A stretch of DNA of 64,000 bases from Bacteroidales bacterium. GTDB lineage: Bacteria; Bacteroidota; Bacteroidia; Bacteroidales; 4484-276. Made by a program: the position numbers and the translations under genes. How positions within the stretch are numbered: position 1 is the stretch's first letter; the number at the start of each line of letters is the position of its first letter. The stretch spans positions 1,697 through 65,696 of the forward strand of contig DAIRGA010000009.1 of the NCBI GenBank assembly GCA_036794825.1, in the 5' to 3' direction. The notes beneath the pieces were generated by a model that saw nothing but the letters and a program-made list of their open reading frames with translations, was not told the DNA's origin and searched no databases. Positions 26,701 to 35,282 of the stretch are shown here, piece after piece.

Positions 26701-29297
26701 ATATCGCTTGTAACGTTATAAAGGTAAAGTTTGTATCCGGTAGCTGCATTGTTACCACCCGGCGCCCATTGCAGCGAAATGTTGGGTAATACTGTCTGAT
26801 CAACGGCCGGATAAACCAAAGTTGGACAATCTGGTGCAGGAACTAGTGCCATGTTTACATTTAATTCGGTAGTTCCTGCAGGTTCAACTTCTACATTTTC
26901 AATTAGTTGCGTGATATAGTTTGCTTTTTCAAAACTTACGTCATACAACCCTGGCTCGACAGGGAAGAAAGTGTATCGTCCGAGGGCATTGGTGTATGCT
27001 ACCTCTTTTGCATTGCCCAATGTAACCTTAACATTAGGCAATCTGTTACCATTCAGGTCAAATACCAAACCGGTGACTTTGCCTGGAGGAGGCGGGTCCT
27101 GTGCGGTGATGGTGAGGTCAAAGGAAGGGATGCAATTTGGTGTTGGCCATGTGTCAACCATAACATAGTAAGTGCCGGCCTCAAGCCTTTTAGAGATCAC
27201 CATTGGAGTTGTAGCGCTACCGTTGGTCTTAAAATCAACGCAGTTAACCGGCGGGCAGTCACTGGCCAATAATATACCAGCCCACTGTGTTCCATTGGGA
27301 TTTACGGTGATAACCACATCTTTGGTTGAGGTCAAAGTAAATTGATACAAAATATCTTCACCATCGTCATATAAACCGAGGCAGGTTTCGCTGTAGAAGT
27401 TGCCATAGCCGCAGTTGGTCTGGTCAAGTGCCTCATACGGGAAATTGCCTACCACTATGGCGTTGCTGCAATTGCTACCGGCTAATTCCTCAAGAATTGC
27501 ATCCTGTGAGGTTGTTTCTCCACCCAGGATATCAATACCCACAACTGTTTGCGAAGAATAGCCAACTTTCGAAAATACTACATCATAAGTACCAACGGGT
27601 AATTCCAAGGTGTAGTCACCGTTTACGTCCGTTGTGGTGAATGCTTTGGCGAGGTCAGCTGTAACAAGGACACCTTCAAGTGGCATGTTATTGACATCAT
27701 AAGCGGTTCCAGCTAAAGTGCCGCTGGTCGGTTTTTCTGAAATTGAAAAATCATCAATCCCAAAGCCATAAAAAGTTGATTGTGAATAATATTGGTAAAA
27801 TGCAACATAAACTGTTTGCCCAGTGAAAGCGCTTAAATCCAGTGTATGTTCTGTCCATGCAGTATTGATGCAGTTGAAATCCCCCAGTTCATTTGTAAAT
27901 GAGGCGATTGCAGGAGTGGTTGTTGATACTAAAACTTTGTATTTGTTTGGATAGCTGGCACTCTCCACCTTGTCCCACCATTTAATTAGTGTATTGATTC
28001 CTGTTAGATTGAAGGGTGGAGTAATCAGCCAGTCATTTGTATTACCCATACCATGAGCAGCATAAGGTAGCGAATGCGTTGGAGTGATGTAGGTGTTTGC
28101 CTGTTTCCAGAAATAACCATCGCTGTTAGCATTTATTACAGTCCAGTTTGTAGGAGCTGCGGGTGATCCAGTCCATGTTCCGTCAAAATTTTCCGAATAG
28201 GGGAAACTGGATATCGTAGGATCAGCCATTGTAGTAAAACTCCACACACTGCATCCGGATGCGTCGCCGTTGTCATTGTAAGGAACCACCTGCCAGTAAT
28301 AGGTTGTAGAATAACCCATTGGTGGGCTGTAGGTGTTTACAGCGCCAACATTGGTTCCGTTCAGGATATTGGTTGGCGGATTGTCCGTACCAAAATAGAG
28401 TTTGTAACCTGTTGGTCCACCGCCACCGGATGCCCAGTTCAGTGAAGCATATTTGGAAATCCCTGTTGCCGCATTAGCTGGTGATACTATCGTAGCGCAG
28501 TTTGGTGGCGTTGTAATTACTGGTGGTGAAAAAGTATAAGTTAACCCTGAAGCAGGCAGAAGAGTGGTACTGTAAGCACATGAGGAAGAATTGGTCGTTC
28601 CAGGAACACTGGTTGCCCAGGTATGGGTTCCTGATGTAATCATCCTGTTGTTAACATTCAACGGGAAAGTGTTGTTTGGACCTCTTAATCCAACCTGGCC
28701 AGTCCCTGACGCTGGTGCGCCCACAAAATTAAAGTCATAAACAAACTTGATTGCATTAGTTGTTTCCAATAGCTGAATTTGAAAATTCCATCGCCAGATA
28801 GGCGTTGTTGAGGTTGATGTGCTGTAGGGTCGGAAATTCTTGTATTGAACGACGAATACCCTGTTCGGTGCAGTGCCAAGTGTTTGGTATCTGATCTCAC
28901 CTGTGTACCCTGAAATATTGAACAATGAATTTAAATCCCTGCCGATTGGGGCAATACAGCCTGCGTAGCTAGTAGTTGCACTGATTGGGGTATATGTACC
29001 TCCTAAAGGTGCAGTTGTGCCAAAAGTGATGAAACCGTTAGTGCTCAGGTTGAAACCCGTGTATCCACTTCCGTCAAAATTAAAGGTAAACGGAATTGTT
29101 CCGGCAGGTAAAGTGTAAACCACATCGTCGAGGGAGGCAGCGCCGGATGCGCCTGTAGCAGTTGCAACTACCGTTCCACCTGTGATTTCAGTGTAAGTTC
29201 CTGCAGCGCTTGAGAATGAATAAGTGCTGACTTGTGCCCATGATCCCAAAGCGAGCACAAAAAGCCACATAAAAAGTAAACTTGTAACTTTTTTCAT
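23766..29297 (-). CDS. Giant (1843 aa) T9SS-secreted protein: choice-of-anchor-J-like domain, three CarboxypepD_reg-like domains, FN3-like domains, three tandem Ig-like repeats, shared pre-CTD module, CTD
   Basis: ATG start with signal MKKVTSLLFMWLFVLALGSWAQ. DWLITPPFNL...YKVLVS is choice-of-anchor-J-like. GTAYDVNNMPLEGVLVTA, GLVFDLNGNRLPNVKVTL and GVITDNSTGLPVENAAIFV are CarboxypepD_reg-like. The CTD reads RIYPNPSNGLFNITG...PSGVYFIRL. Confidence 0.9.
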   Translation of the reverse strand: MKKVTSLLFMWLFVLALGSWAQVSTYSFSSAAGTYTEITGGTVVATATGASGAASLDDVVYTLPAGTIPFTFNFDGSGYTGFNLSTNGFITFGTTAPLGGTYTPISATTSYAGCIAPIGRDLNSLFNISGYTGEIRYQTLGTAPNRVFVVQYKNFRPYSTSTSTTPIWRWNFQIQLLETTNAIKFVYDFNFVGAPASGTGQVGLRGPNNTFPLNVNNRMITSGTHTWATSVPGTTNSSSCAYSTTLLPASGLTYTFSPPVITTPPNCATIVSPANAATGISKYASLNWASGGGGPTGYKLYFGTDNPPTNILNGTNVGAVNTYSPPMGYSTTYYWQVVPYNDNGDASGCSVWSFTTMADPTISSFPYSENFDGTWTGSPAAPTNWTVINANSDGYFWKQANTYITPTHSLPYAAHGMGNTNDWLITPPFNLTGINTLIKWWDKVESASYPNKYKVLVSTTTPAIASFTNELGDFNCINTAWTEHTLDLSAFTGQTVYVAFYQYYSQSTFYGFGIDDFSISEKPTSGTLAGTAYDVNNMPLEGVLVTADLAKAFTTTDVNGDYTLELPVGTYDVVFSKVGYSSQTVVGIDILGGETTSQDAILEELAGSNCSNAIVVGNFPYEALDQTNCGYGNFYSETCLGLYDDGEDILYQFTLTSTKDVVITVNPNGTQWAGILLASDCPPVNCVDFKTNGSATTPMVISKRLEAGTYYVMVDTWPTPNCIPSFDLTITAQDPPPPGKVTGLVFDLNGNRLPNVKVTLGNAKEVAYTNALGRYTFFPVEPGLYDVSFEKANYITQLIENVEVEPAGTTELNVNMALVPAPDCPTLVYPAVDQTVLPNISLQWAPGGNNAATGYKLYLYNVTSDIWIEENTDLGNVTSYTPAEPFESGSYFAWLLVPYNFSGETLGCEPWFFYVSYYGQLTGVITDNSTGLPVENAAIFVQQTLPGNYSTTIYTDATGTYNFDWESGNYNLTISKYGYASKTLSNVPINPNQTTVMNTTLNPVVPYTIPFVENWGSGTFAAQQWTVVPSSPQWSVQSTVGNPAPTARFYWDPRVYNYSRRLQSHFINGVGKDKIYAQFDLLLQNYSKLTIEKLIFGVYDGTQWHVVNTFNNQGAGTGSIPWTNFSYDISQFAAGKMFQLGFTAEGGDNYNIDWWYVDNIYLTTSLMEVQPPVISDQLSTTGTSQWPITISNPGAKALFWNATLNLPQPWATLSALSGVVSAGGQQVIQLNFNGAAVPPGVYQGQVVITGASGAVSEVIDIQLEVFDMVINPMTIYDELQIGETSVWNIEVTNPGPYPLPWSAAFTDKSGWASLDKSAGEIPVGATEMLQLTLDATALVSGFYETEILFTGANGLISKTVDVSMDVYNMMVSPGGLYDALLVGESSTYQVVITNPNSIAIDWIVDLNETWASLSAISGTIPPLGSTTLDFTFNATGMLPGAYYSSMTFSAFDGELEKVVLIGLEVFDQPFQKIPIPAPNSWGYISTYLNLDSKMTLEAALANINEEMIIMIGFDGIYWPSQNINTIGNWDNLVGYKLKMGAEGLLVFTGPEIENKTITFPAGTYLIPVLSNSAVPAASIFGGKDIEFAFGLDGAIWWPFGNVYTLETLYPGYGYLVKFNSTTTLNFNVTKSEIIPNSVAVFENTTPWNDAYNTGNVHIVGVSAEAASTLKAGDFIGVFNAEGSCTGLTRFSGKNEAFVIPVYGNDLTTDNLDGMKEGEFMEVRIFSSNEVIVAEPVFSTQLVNTDLYATNGLSLITDLKAGATGVGGNSGNALRIYPNPSNGLFNITGADASYNVTVMNSQGQVVYNRKLNAGRIDLTDQPSGVYFIRLVGNDQTISQKVVIR
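23769..23984 (-). other. T9SS type-A C-terminal sorting domain (CTD)
   Basis: ALRIYPNPSNGLFNITGADASYNVTVMNSQGQVVY...DQPSGVYFIRLVGNDQTISQKVVIR. Confidence 0.8.
24015..24884 (-). other. Shared uncharacterised pre-CTD module, copy 3 of 4
   Basis: IPAPNSWGYISTYLNL...DGIYWPSQNINTIGNWDNLVGYKLKM...GTYLIPVLS...AIWWPFGNVYTLETLYPGYGYLVKF...TPWNDAYNTGNVHIVGV...GDFIGVFNAEGSCTG...MEVRIFSS...NGLSLITDL. Confidence 0.65.
24903..25799 (-). repeat. Three tandem ~100-aa (303-nt) Ig-like/BACON-like repeats inside the 1843-aa gene
   Basis: The units start MEVQPPVISDQL..., MVINPMTIYDEL... and MMVSPGGLYDAL.... Each has the pattern (W/Y)-x-I-x-(I/V)-(S/T)-N-P...W(A/-)(T/S)L(S/D)...G....L...F/L....L..G.Y and ends in (L/M)(E/D)V(F/Y)(D/N). 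Confidence 0.7.
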
Positions 29298-29485
29298 AAA
29301 CGTAAAATTTTAGTTAGTAAATAATTGAAAATGAATAATCAAGGAAAAATTTGGTGTATTTTTGGAATATTTCCGGAGGGAGAAAAGGTTTACTCATAGG
29401 CGAAAAATCTTAATTTGACATACGCTTTTTGAAAGATTGAGCAAGTTTACAAAAAAATTCTGAACTCCGGGTTGAAAAAAAACAT

Positions 29486-29513
29486 AAAAAAAATCCCGGA
29501 CTAAGCCGGGACT
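29486..29513 (-). terminator. Rho-independent terminator of the 1268-aa gene (hairpin flanked by T tracts on both strands)
   Basis: Minus strand reads ag-tcccgg-cttagt-ccggga-tttttttt, about 22 nt past the TAG stop at 29535. The plus strand also shows ctcttttttt after the stem. Confidence 0.7.
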
Positions 29514-29534
29514 CTTTTTTTGTAAATAAAATCT

Positions 29535-32500
29535 CTACCTGATCACAATCTTTTCGACAAGCTGCAATTCGTTGGTGCTGATTTTCAGGTAATAAACACC
29601 CCGGCTCAACGCCGACAAATCCAATTGTGTGTCGCCATCCAAAGTTCCGCTGTAAACGATCTGTCCTTTTGTGTCAAAAACATTTACAGTGGCTTTGATG
29701 TCAGTTGCTATCAGGAACTTTCCATCGGATGGGTTAGGATAGATTGAAACCGGTAACTGGTTGTTTGAATTTACAGACAATGAACCTACTTTCAGGGTTT
29801 GGATGACAGAAAGGCCATTTTCTTCAAACTGGCCGGTATTGAAAGCAGGATCAAACGTTGCAGTAAGGTCGGCCTGCTGGCCTGTTGATGGCCTGTAGAG
29901 TCTGAAATGCAACGCTGCGTTCTCGGTCAAACCATCGGTTGAAATGGTTGTAAAATCATCACCCCAGGCTACCATGGCAAGGTTGGTTTCATATCCTTTA
30001 TAAGCCGACATTCCAACACACACACCATCGGAGGCAAATACTCCGATTACATCCCCGGCTTCGATGCTTGCGAGGGCGCTGGCCGAAACAGAGATGATGT
30101 GAGCAATGCCGGTGTTTAGCGGATCGTTCCAATTTGTTGGGTTAACCAGCGGGACGGTTGACTGCGGATTAACAGCATTCTTGCCTGCAAAGCTGAAAGT
30201 TGCTGGTTGCAGCAGTCTGACAAGATATCCTATGCCAGGCTCAAGTGTTTCGAGCGTATATAGCTGTCCCTGAGGCCAGTAAATCAAACCTTCCTGAATG
30301 TTGAATGCAAAGAGGAGCGAATTTCCAACAGGATCAAAAACATCTGAAGCATCCACCGGAACAGCGGAAAGCACCGGCAGATAATGCAAGCCTGCAGAAA
30401 ATGCTACCTCCGGTTCTGCCGGACTTCCGAAGACTTCAAGCAACGCACCCTGGTTCATTTTGATCTTGTATCCTTCGTAAGCGTTCCAGTCGCCAAACAG
30501 GTTGATATTTTGCGGCGGCCAGTAGAATCCTCCGAAGCGCAGGATGATTTCCATGTAATCCTCAATTCCGGCAAGAAGTATTTCAACATCCGGATTTTCG
30601 GGAACTATGAAACTTGAAATGCCCAGCCAGCCGGCAGGAAGATCAATTTCCTGGTAAACTTCGCTTGTGAAAGTTATCTTCACCAGAACCTCATCGGACA
30701 TGTTTCCGGTAACATCCTGAACAAATCCAGTGTACTGATAAGTGCCAAATGGATAAACGCCATTTACTCTGAGGTAGTCATCGGGCTGGCCGAGGAGGTA
30801 TTGCAGACCATCAACCAGCATAAACGGGGCAACTTTTGGTCCGGCAAGATAGCGGATGTAGAATGTTGGCAGTTCTCCGCTGATAATCTGCCACATGATC
30901 GGCTGCCAGGCGCCTGTACAACCTTCAAAGACACCTTTGCCTGCCCAGTAAGGATAGAAGTTTGCCGGCAGGCTCCCGGTATTAAGGTAGAACGGGAAGT
31001 AGCTCTCCATCAGAGGCACATTGGTTTGTGTGTTTGGTCCAAGGTCAAGATAATAATATTCAATCAATGCATCCAGTCCGATCACAAATCCGTCGGCAAG
31101 GTTGCCATCTGCAGGTTCCCATGCCGATTTATCGGTCGAAACGATCAGGTCAGCATCAAGGAAGAATGGGAAAGGAGCTGCAGATTGGTTGAGAGTGACA
31201 ATCGCCTCGGGATTCAATGCATCAGGTGCTGTAATGGTGATGATGGCAGTGCGGTCGAAACCCGTATCATTTTGATCAAAAGTGATTCCTATAGCGCTGT
31301 TGCCACTTCCGTTACCTGGCGCTGCAGCAAGCCAGGGATCAGCAACGCTAATTGACCAGTCAGAACCAATGAAACCGCTAAATCCGATTTCGAAACCAGT
31401 GACACCGGCAAGGTATCCGACATTAATCACTTCAGGATTCACAATCAGGGTAGGTTTTCCGATTTCAAAATTAATGGCTTTTGCCTGTTGGTTGGTTTGT
31501 GCAGTGATTACCCCCTGGAAGAGGCCTACACCGTTTTTGTTGAAAGTGGCCGGAGTGATTAAAGTCCCCTGAACCTGTACGGTACCACCTGGAGCGATGG
31601 CAGCGATCTGGTTGGGAGTAAAGGTGAAACTTCCGGCTGGTATTACATTGCCAAACTCATCAGTTAGCGCCGATGCAAAAATATCAATATTGAGCAGGGC
31701 CGATTCTCCTCCAGTTTCGTTTACATCGAAGGTGAAGTTGTAAGTATGACTGTATTCAAAGGGATTGTAACCGATGACAGGTGGTGAAAGTTCCATAATA
31801 GGAATCTCAGACGGGGGATTTACGATAATAACATTCAACCCTCCAATTGCATTTACAAACGAACTTGCAGCAATGGTTCTGTAAGGATCAAGGTCAATTA
31901 TGAAGCACTCTTCATCCACCAGCACATCGTCAAGTGTAAAGGCCCTGAAGCAGAGCTCAATCTCTTTGGTTGACGGGCAGAGGTTTTTGATCTGCGTATT
32001 GTAGTTGCCTGCGGTTTGCAGGTTTTTCAACCATTCCCAATAATCTGCACCTGTTGATGTCCAGCTGGATTCCGGGATATTGTTGTAATTGGATGTGCTG
32101 GTTATTCCGGCTGCATTTCCTAATTCATCAAAAATAGAAAATTCAAGACAATCGTCTTTGGCCACATCCAGGTCTAATGAAATGGTGAATTTGCTGCCCG
32201 GAGGAACCGTTCCTGTCTGCAGACAAAGCAAAGCCAGGGCTGTTTCCATCTTTGGACCGCCATATCCTCCCCATTGGTCCCAATAGTAATTGCCGTTGCC
32301 GTCAATTTTCCTCTGGCCTTCAATGGCAGAATACATATAGTCGTACCAGTTTCCTCCGCCAAAAATGGTTTTGTTACCTAAAGCCATAGCCTTTGCAAAA
32401 CCATAAAGGTAATAATAGTAACCTCCACCCTCATAAATCTGATTACCTCCAATGCTGCCCGGGTTTACCAATTGTGCCAGTGTGAAGTTGCCTAAATAGT

Positions 32501-33341
32501 TGTAAAACTGATCTTTTAAAGTAGACGCAGCGGCAACGCCATGGTCGGCGGCCAGCACAGCTCCCCATGCACCAGCGCATGTCATTCCTTGGGGACGTGT
32601 GTTACAATCCTGATAACCAACTCTGGCAGCATTGCCTGATAAGCATTTTTGCCAGTTCAGGTAGCCATAAATTTTATTCCATACACCTTTTTCTTCGTAA
32701 TCTCTGGAATCCAATGCAAGGTAAACCCACTGGTTAACCGACATATCACCGCCTGTTTCGCTGGTATATCCGCGGTGGTAACGCCAACTTACACGCGACC
32801 AGCCTACATTGATGTCCTGAGTGTAGTAATTGACTGCCAGCGCAATAGCATTTTCAATAGTGGTTTTCTGTGCTCCTGAAATGTAGCCACCACCATACAA
32901 GGGTGTTTTCAATGCAAGATTAAGAGCGAAAATAGCCATGGCTGTTTCATAACCATACGAATCACCTCCATAGCCGTAAAATGCACCATATTGCCCGCCG
33001 GAGAGGATCTGGGTGGATAAGATGTAGCCTATAGCATTGCTTACCACGGTTCCATACACCGGGTCGTCAATGTTGTGTCCGTTTTGCAGGAATGCCTGCA
33101 GGCATAACGCAGTAATACCGGATCCACCCCAGTTTCCGGGAACCTTGCTCTCCTCCGGAATAACACCACCGGGGTTGATGCTGGTAGCGCCGAACGTTAC
33201 CCCATCTTTGGTTGTACTCTGGACTGAAGCCAGATAGGCCAGTCCTTTATCAATCAGGATGTTGCCTTTTTGTGGCTGACCCACCAGAGTCAAACCAATC
33301 AAACATCCTGTTAATAACATTGTTAGAGTCTTGATTTTCAT
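29535..33341 (-). CDS. 1268-aa T9SS-secreted protein: N-terminal alpha/alpha-toroid (prenyltransferase / squalene-cyclase-repeat-like) domain, BACON-like domain, shared pre-CTD module, CTD
   Basis: ATG start with signal MKIKTLTMLLTGCLIGLTLVGQ. QW-like repeats include YLASVQSTTKDG, YILSTQILSGGQYGAF and EGQRKIDGNGNYYW. The CTD reads SIYPNPSDGKFLIAT...SRGVYYLKI. It is the last gene of a tightly spaced three-gene operon. Confidence 0.9.
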   Translation of the reverse strand: MKIKTLTMLLTGCLIGLTLVGQPQKGNILIDKGLAYLASVQSTTKDGVTFGATSINPGGVIPEESKVPGNWGGSGITALCLQAFLQNGHNIDDPVYGTVVSNAIGYILSTQILSGGQYGAFYGYGGDSYGYETAMAIFALNLALKTPLYGGGYISGAQKTTIENAIALAVNYYTQDINVGWSRVSWRYHRGYTSETGGDMSVNQWVYLALDSRDYEEKGVWNKIYGYLNWQKCLSGNAARVGYQDCNTRPQGMTCAGAWGAVLAADHGVAAASTLKDQFYNYLGNFTLAQLVNPGSIGGNQIYEGGGYYYYLYGFAKAMALGNKTIFGGGNWYDYMYSAIEGQRKIDGNGNYYWDQWGGYGGPKMETALALLCLQTGTVPPGSKFTISLDLDVAKDDCLEFSIFDELGNAAGITSTSNYNNIPESSWTSTGADYWEWLKNLQTAGNYNTQIKNLCPSTKEIELCFRAFTLDDVLVDEECFIIDLDPYRTIAASSFVNAIGGLNVIIVNPPSEIPIMELSPPVIGYNPFEYSHTYNFTFDVNETGGESALLNIDIFASALTDEFGNVIPAGSFTFTPNQIAAIAPGGTVQVQGTLITPATFNKNGVGLFQGVITAQTNQQAKAINFEIGKPTLIVNPEVINVGYLAGVTGFEIGFSGFIGSDWSISVADPWLAAAPGNGSGNSAIGITFDQNDTGFDRTAIITITAPDALNPEAIVTLNQSAAPFPFFLDADLIVSTDKSAWEPADGNLADGFVIGLDALIEYYYLDLGPNTQTNVPLMESYFPFYLNTGSLPANFYPYWAGKGVFEGCTGAWQPIMWQIISGELPTFYIRYLAGPKVAPFMLVDGLQYLLGQPDDYLRVNGVYPFGTYQYTGFVQDVTGNMSDEVLVKITFTSEVYQEIDLPAGWLGISSFIVPENPDVEILLAGIEDYMEIILRFGGFYWPPQNINLFGDWNAYEGYKIKMNQGALLEVFGSPAEPEVAFSAGLHYLPVLSAVPVDASDVFDPVGNSLLFAFNIQEGLIYWPQGQLYTLETLEPGIGYLVRLLQPATFSFAGKNAVNPQSTVPLVNPTNWNDPLNTGIAHIISVSASALASIEAGDVIGVFASDGVCVGMSAYKGYETNLAMVAWGDDFTTISTDGLTENAALHFRLYRPSTGQQADLTATFDPAFNTGQFEENGLSVIQTLKVGSLSVNSNNQLPVSIYPNPSDGKFLIATDIKATVNVFDTKGQIVYSGTLDGDTQLDLSALSRGVYYLKISTNELQLVEKIVIR
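29538..29753 (-). other. T9SS type-A C-terminal sorting domain (CTD)
   Basis: PVSIYPNPSDGKFLIATDIKATVNVFDTKGQIVYS...LSALSRGVYYLKISTNELQLVEKIVIR. Confidence 0.8.
29790..30650 (-). other. Shared uncharacterised pre-CTD module, copy 4 of 4
   Basis: IDLPAGWLGISSFIVP...GGFYWPPQNINLFGDWNAYEGYKIKM...GLHYLPVLS...LIYWPQGQLYTLETLEPGIGYLVRL...TNWNDPLNTGIAHIISV...GDVIGVFASDGVCVG...LHFRLYRPS...NGLSVIQTL. Confidence 0.65.
31182..31460 (-). other. BACON-like Ig-fold domain in the 1268-aa protein
   Basis: GKPTLIVNPEVINVGYLAGVTGFEIGFSG..SDWSISVADPWLAAAPGNGSGNSAIGITFDQNDTGFDRTAIITITAP....AIVTLNQS has the W...W...G.G.......N....R.A.I.......V.Q spacing I associate with BACON domains. Confidence 0.45.
32208..33263 (-). 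other. alpha/alpha-toroid (terpenoid-cyclase / prenyltransferase-repeat-like) domain of the 1268-aa protein
   Basis: Aromatic/Gly-rich helical-hairpin repeats with Q-x(2-5)-G-x-(W/F/Y) motifs span aa ~27-378. It is a paralogue-like relative of the 392-aa protein encoded immediately upstream. Confidence 0.55.
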
Positions 33342-33384
33342 TTCATCCTCCTTTTTGATTGTTAATTTATTAAAATACAGTGTT

Positions 33385-34557
33385 TTAGTTTAAAAAGTAA
33401 CTTTTTCGTTTTTTTATGGTTGTAGATTCGGGCAGGCCGGCAATCTCCTCCAGCGCAAGAATACTGTAGGCAGTAACCAGCACCGGGTTGTTTTCCCACC
33501 ATCGCCCGTTTTCGTTTACCCAAAATCCCTCGGGTGATTGAATTTTCAGGAGTTGATTGGCCAATTCGTATCGCCATTGGTAAGACTGGCTGGTCTGATC
33601 AGTGATAACCTCCACACCATAAGCATTCAGCGACTTGGCCATTGTTTGGTAATAATAGAACAATCCCTGATTTTTCATAAGCGGGGTTGTTTGTACAGTG
33701 AAATGACTGGATATCCAGTTAAAAGCTGCTTTGACCCGCTCATCGTCTTTGTCCACTTTTGCGTAGATCAAACTTTTCAATCCTGCATAGGTCATGCTGC
33801 CATAAGAACTCGTACCACCGGCTTTGCTCGAGCCGGGCTCATACATAAATCCGCCGTCGTTTACAGCGTAGGATTCTGAATTGACAGACTGTAGGTTCTG
33901 AACTTTGGATAAAAACACCAAAGCTTTGTCATAGAAGAGTTTCTTGCTTTCCATTCGTTGAATTTCCTCTTCTGTGAGTTTTGTTTCCGGGTCAACTGGC
34001 TTGAAATCATCAAGCGCCAAAGCTTCGATGGCCCACTGAAGATTGGAAAGATCCGGCCGGTTGTCGCTGTCGTAACCAACCCCGCCGTAGTAAAGGCTGT
34101 CGGGATTATAATCCTCACTTTCATCCATTTGTATGCCCATCAGAAATTTCTCCGCATTTAGAATTATGGTTTTGAATTCCGGTTGGTTGGCATCTTTAAA
34201 AGCAGTGAGGCAAATAGCTGTGTTGTATGCCGGGAGATCGTCCAGGTATATGCCACCGTCAGGTTTTACGCAAGCCATCAGAAATTTGAACCCATTGTCA
34301 ATAACAGGCTCATCGGTAGTGATGCTGGGATGCGCACGCAGAAAAGAAGACAGAACCAGTGCCGAAATGGCCGGGTATTGCTGCCAGGAGCCATCCTCTT
34401 CCTGCTGGTCATAAAGCCACTTCAACCCGATTTTAATCGAATGATCTACCTCCTTGGCAAGCGAAAGGTCTATTTTCGAAGTAGTACCATCACCGGTCAT
34501 AACCGGCTGATTGGTAAAGAGAATCAACAATAAAATAATGAGAGTTTTTTTCAGCAT
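33385..34557 (-). CDS. Exported prenyltransferase / squalene-oxidase-repeat (alpha/alpha-toroid) protein
   Basis: QW-type repeats are LKWLYDQQEEDGSW, MACVKPDGGIY and LLKIQSPEGFWVNENGRWW. Signal is MLKKTLIILLLILFTNQPVMTG. I use the ATG at 34557; the ORF-track start at 34563 is a TTG two codons upstream. It lies 43 nt upstream of the 1268-aa gene. Confidence 0.8.
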   Translation of the reverse strand: MLKKTLIILLLILFTNQPVMTGDGTTSKIDLSLAKEVDHSIKIGLKWLYDQQEEDGSWQQYPAISALVLSSFLRAHPSITTDEPVIDNGFKFLMACVKPDGGIYLDDLPAYNTAICLTAFKDANQPEFKTIILNAEKFLMGIQMDESEDYNPDSLYYGGVGYDSDNRPDLSNLQWAIEALALDDFKPVDPETKLTEEEIQRMESKKLFYDKALVFLSKVQNLQSVNSESYAVNDGGFMYEPGSSKAGGTSSYGSMTYAGLKSLIYAKVDKDDERVKAAFNWISSHFTVQTTPLMKNQGLFYYYQTMAKSLNAYGVEVITDQTSQSYQWRYELANQLLKIQSPEGFWVNENGRWWENNPVLVTAYSILALEEIAGLPESTTIKKRKSYFLN

Positions 34558-34568
34558 AAGCAATGTAA

Positions 34569-35282
34569 TTATTTGGAAATCAATTGGAATATCAGTTTAA
34601 CAGGTTGGTTTTCAGTTAAGCCTGCATTAGTATTCACATAGAAAAGTTCATCATCCCATTTGTCAGCATTGTTAAGCTCTATCAATGCAAGCGGATCGTG
34701 GTATGTTGCTACCATGGTGAGTTCAGGATCAATAAACACTATTCCACTTTTGTGCGTTACAGCGCCCCGGAATAGCCAGGAGCATGGAGGTAAATCCTTT
34801 TCGGTTCTTTCATCAAGGATAAAGTATTCAACCGGCTTTCGCTCAGTTTTTACTCCCGAAACCGGTTCAACCCAAATCCGCAGGCTGTCGCCGGGCGTTT
34901 CTATGGATTTGTAAGGGCTCAACGGGTCTTCTTCTGATTCATTTTCAGGTACTTCGTTCACGGGATCGAGCCCGAGAAGCAGGAGGGCGGTTTGAAGTTC
35001 CACCGGTGTAATATTGGTTTTTAAAAGGCTTTCATGGGTTTTTCCTTCAGGCCGGCACAGAACTACTTCTATCAACCCCGAAGTCATATTCACTGTGCAG
35101 GGAAAGGTGACCGTTTTTAGCCGGGTGTTGATTTCAATCTCCTTTAATTGATATAAATCATCGCTCACCTTTGTGATGATTTTCTCCAAATCCTGACCTG
35201 CTACCTGCAAATTTAGACAAGGAAATAAAATACTGATTATCAACAAAATAATAAATAAAAATCTTCTGTAGACCATATCCAT
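34569..35282 (-). CDS. Exported or membrane-anchored protein of unknown function (first gene of the alpha/alpha-toroid operon)
   Basis: 237 aa with an ATG start and N-terminal hydrophobic anchor FLFIILLIISILFPCL. The segment GLIEVVLCRPEGKTHESLLKT.ITPVELQTALLLLGLDP vaguely recalls the YdjY-domain family, but I cannot verify that from memory. Its stop lies 11 nt before the next start. Confidence 0.7.
   Translation of the reverse strand: MDMVYRRFLFIILLIISILFPCLNLQVAGQDLEKIITKVSDDLYQLKEIEINTRLKTVTFPCTVNMTSGLIEVVLCRPEGKTHESLLKTNITPVELQTALLLLGLDPVNEVPENESEEDPLSPYKSIETPGDSLRIWVEPVSGVKTERKPVEYFILDERTEKDLPPCSWLFRGAVTHKSGIVFIDPELTMVATYHDPLALIELNNADKWDDELFYVNTNAGLTENQPVKLIFQLISK

Noticed and set aside
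30801-31355. A 184-aa plus-strand ORF antisense to the 1268-aa gene. Similar antisense ORFs occur in the other large genes (e.g. 39877-40362 opposite chrA and 16766-17212 opposite cysK).
   Set aside because: They have no recognisable motifs, are fully contained in well-supported genes on the other strand, and have a composition typical of antisense frames.
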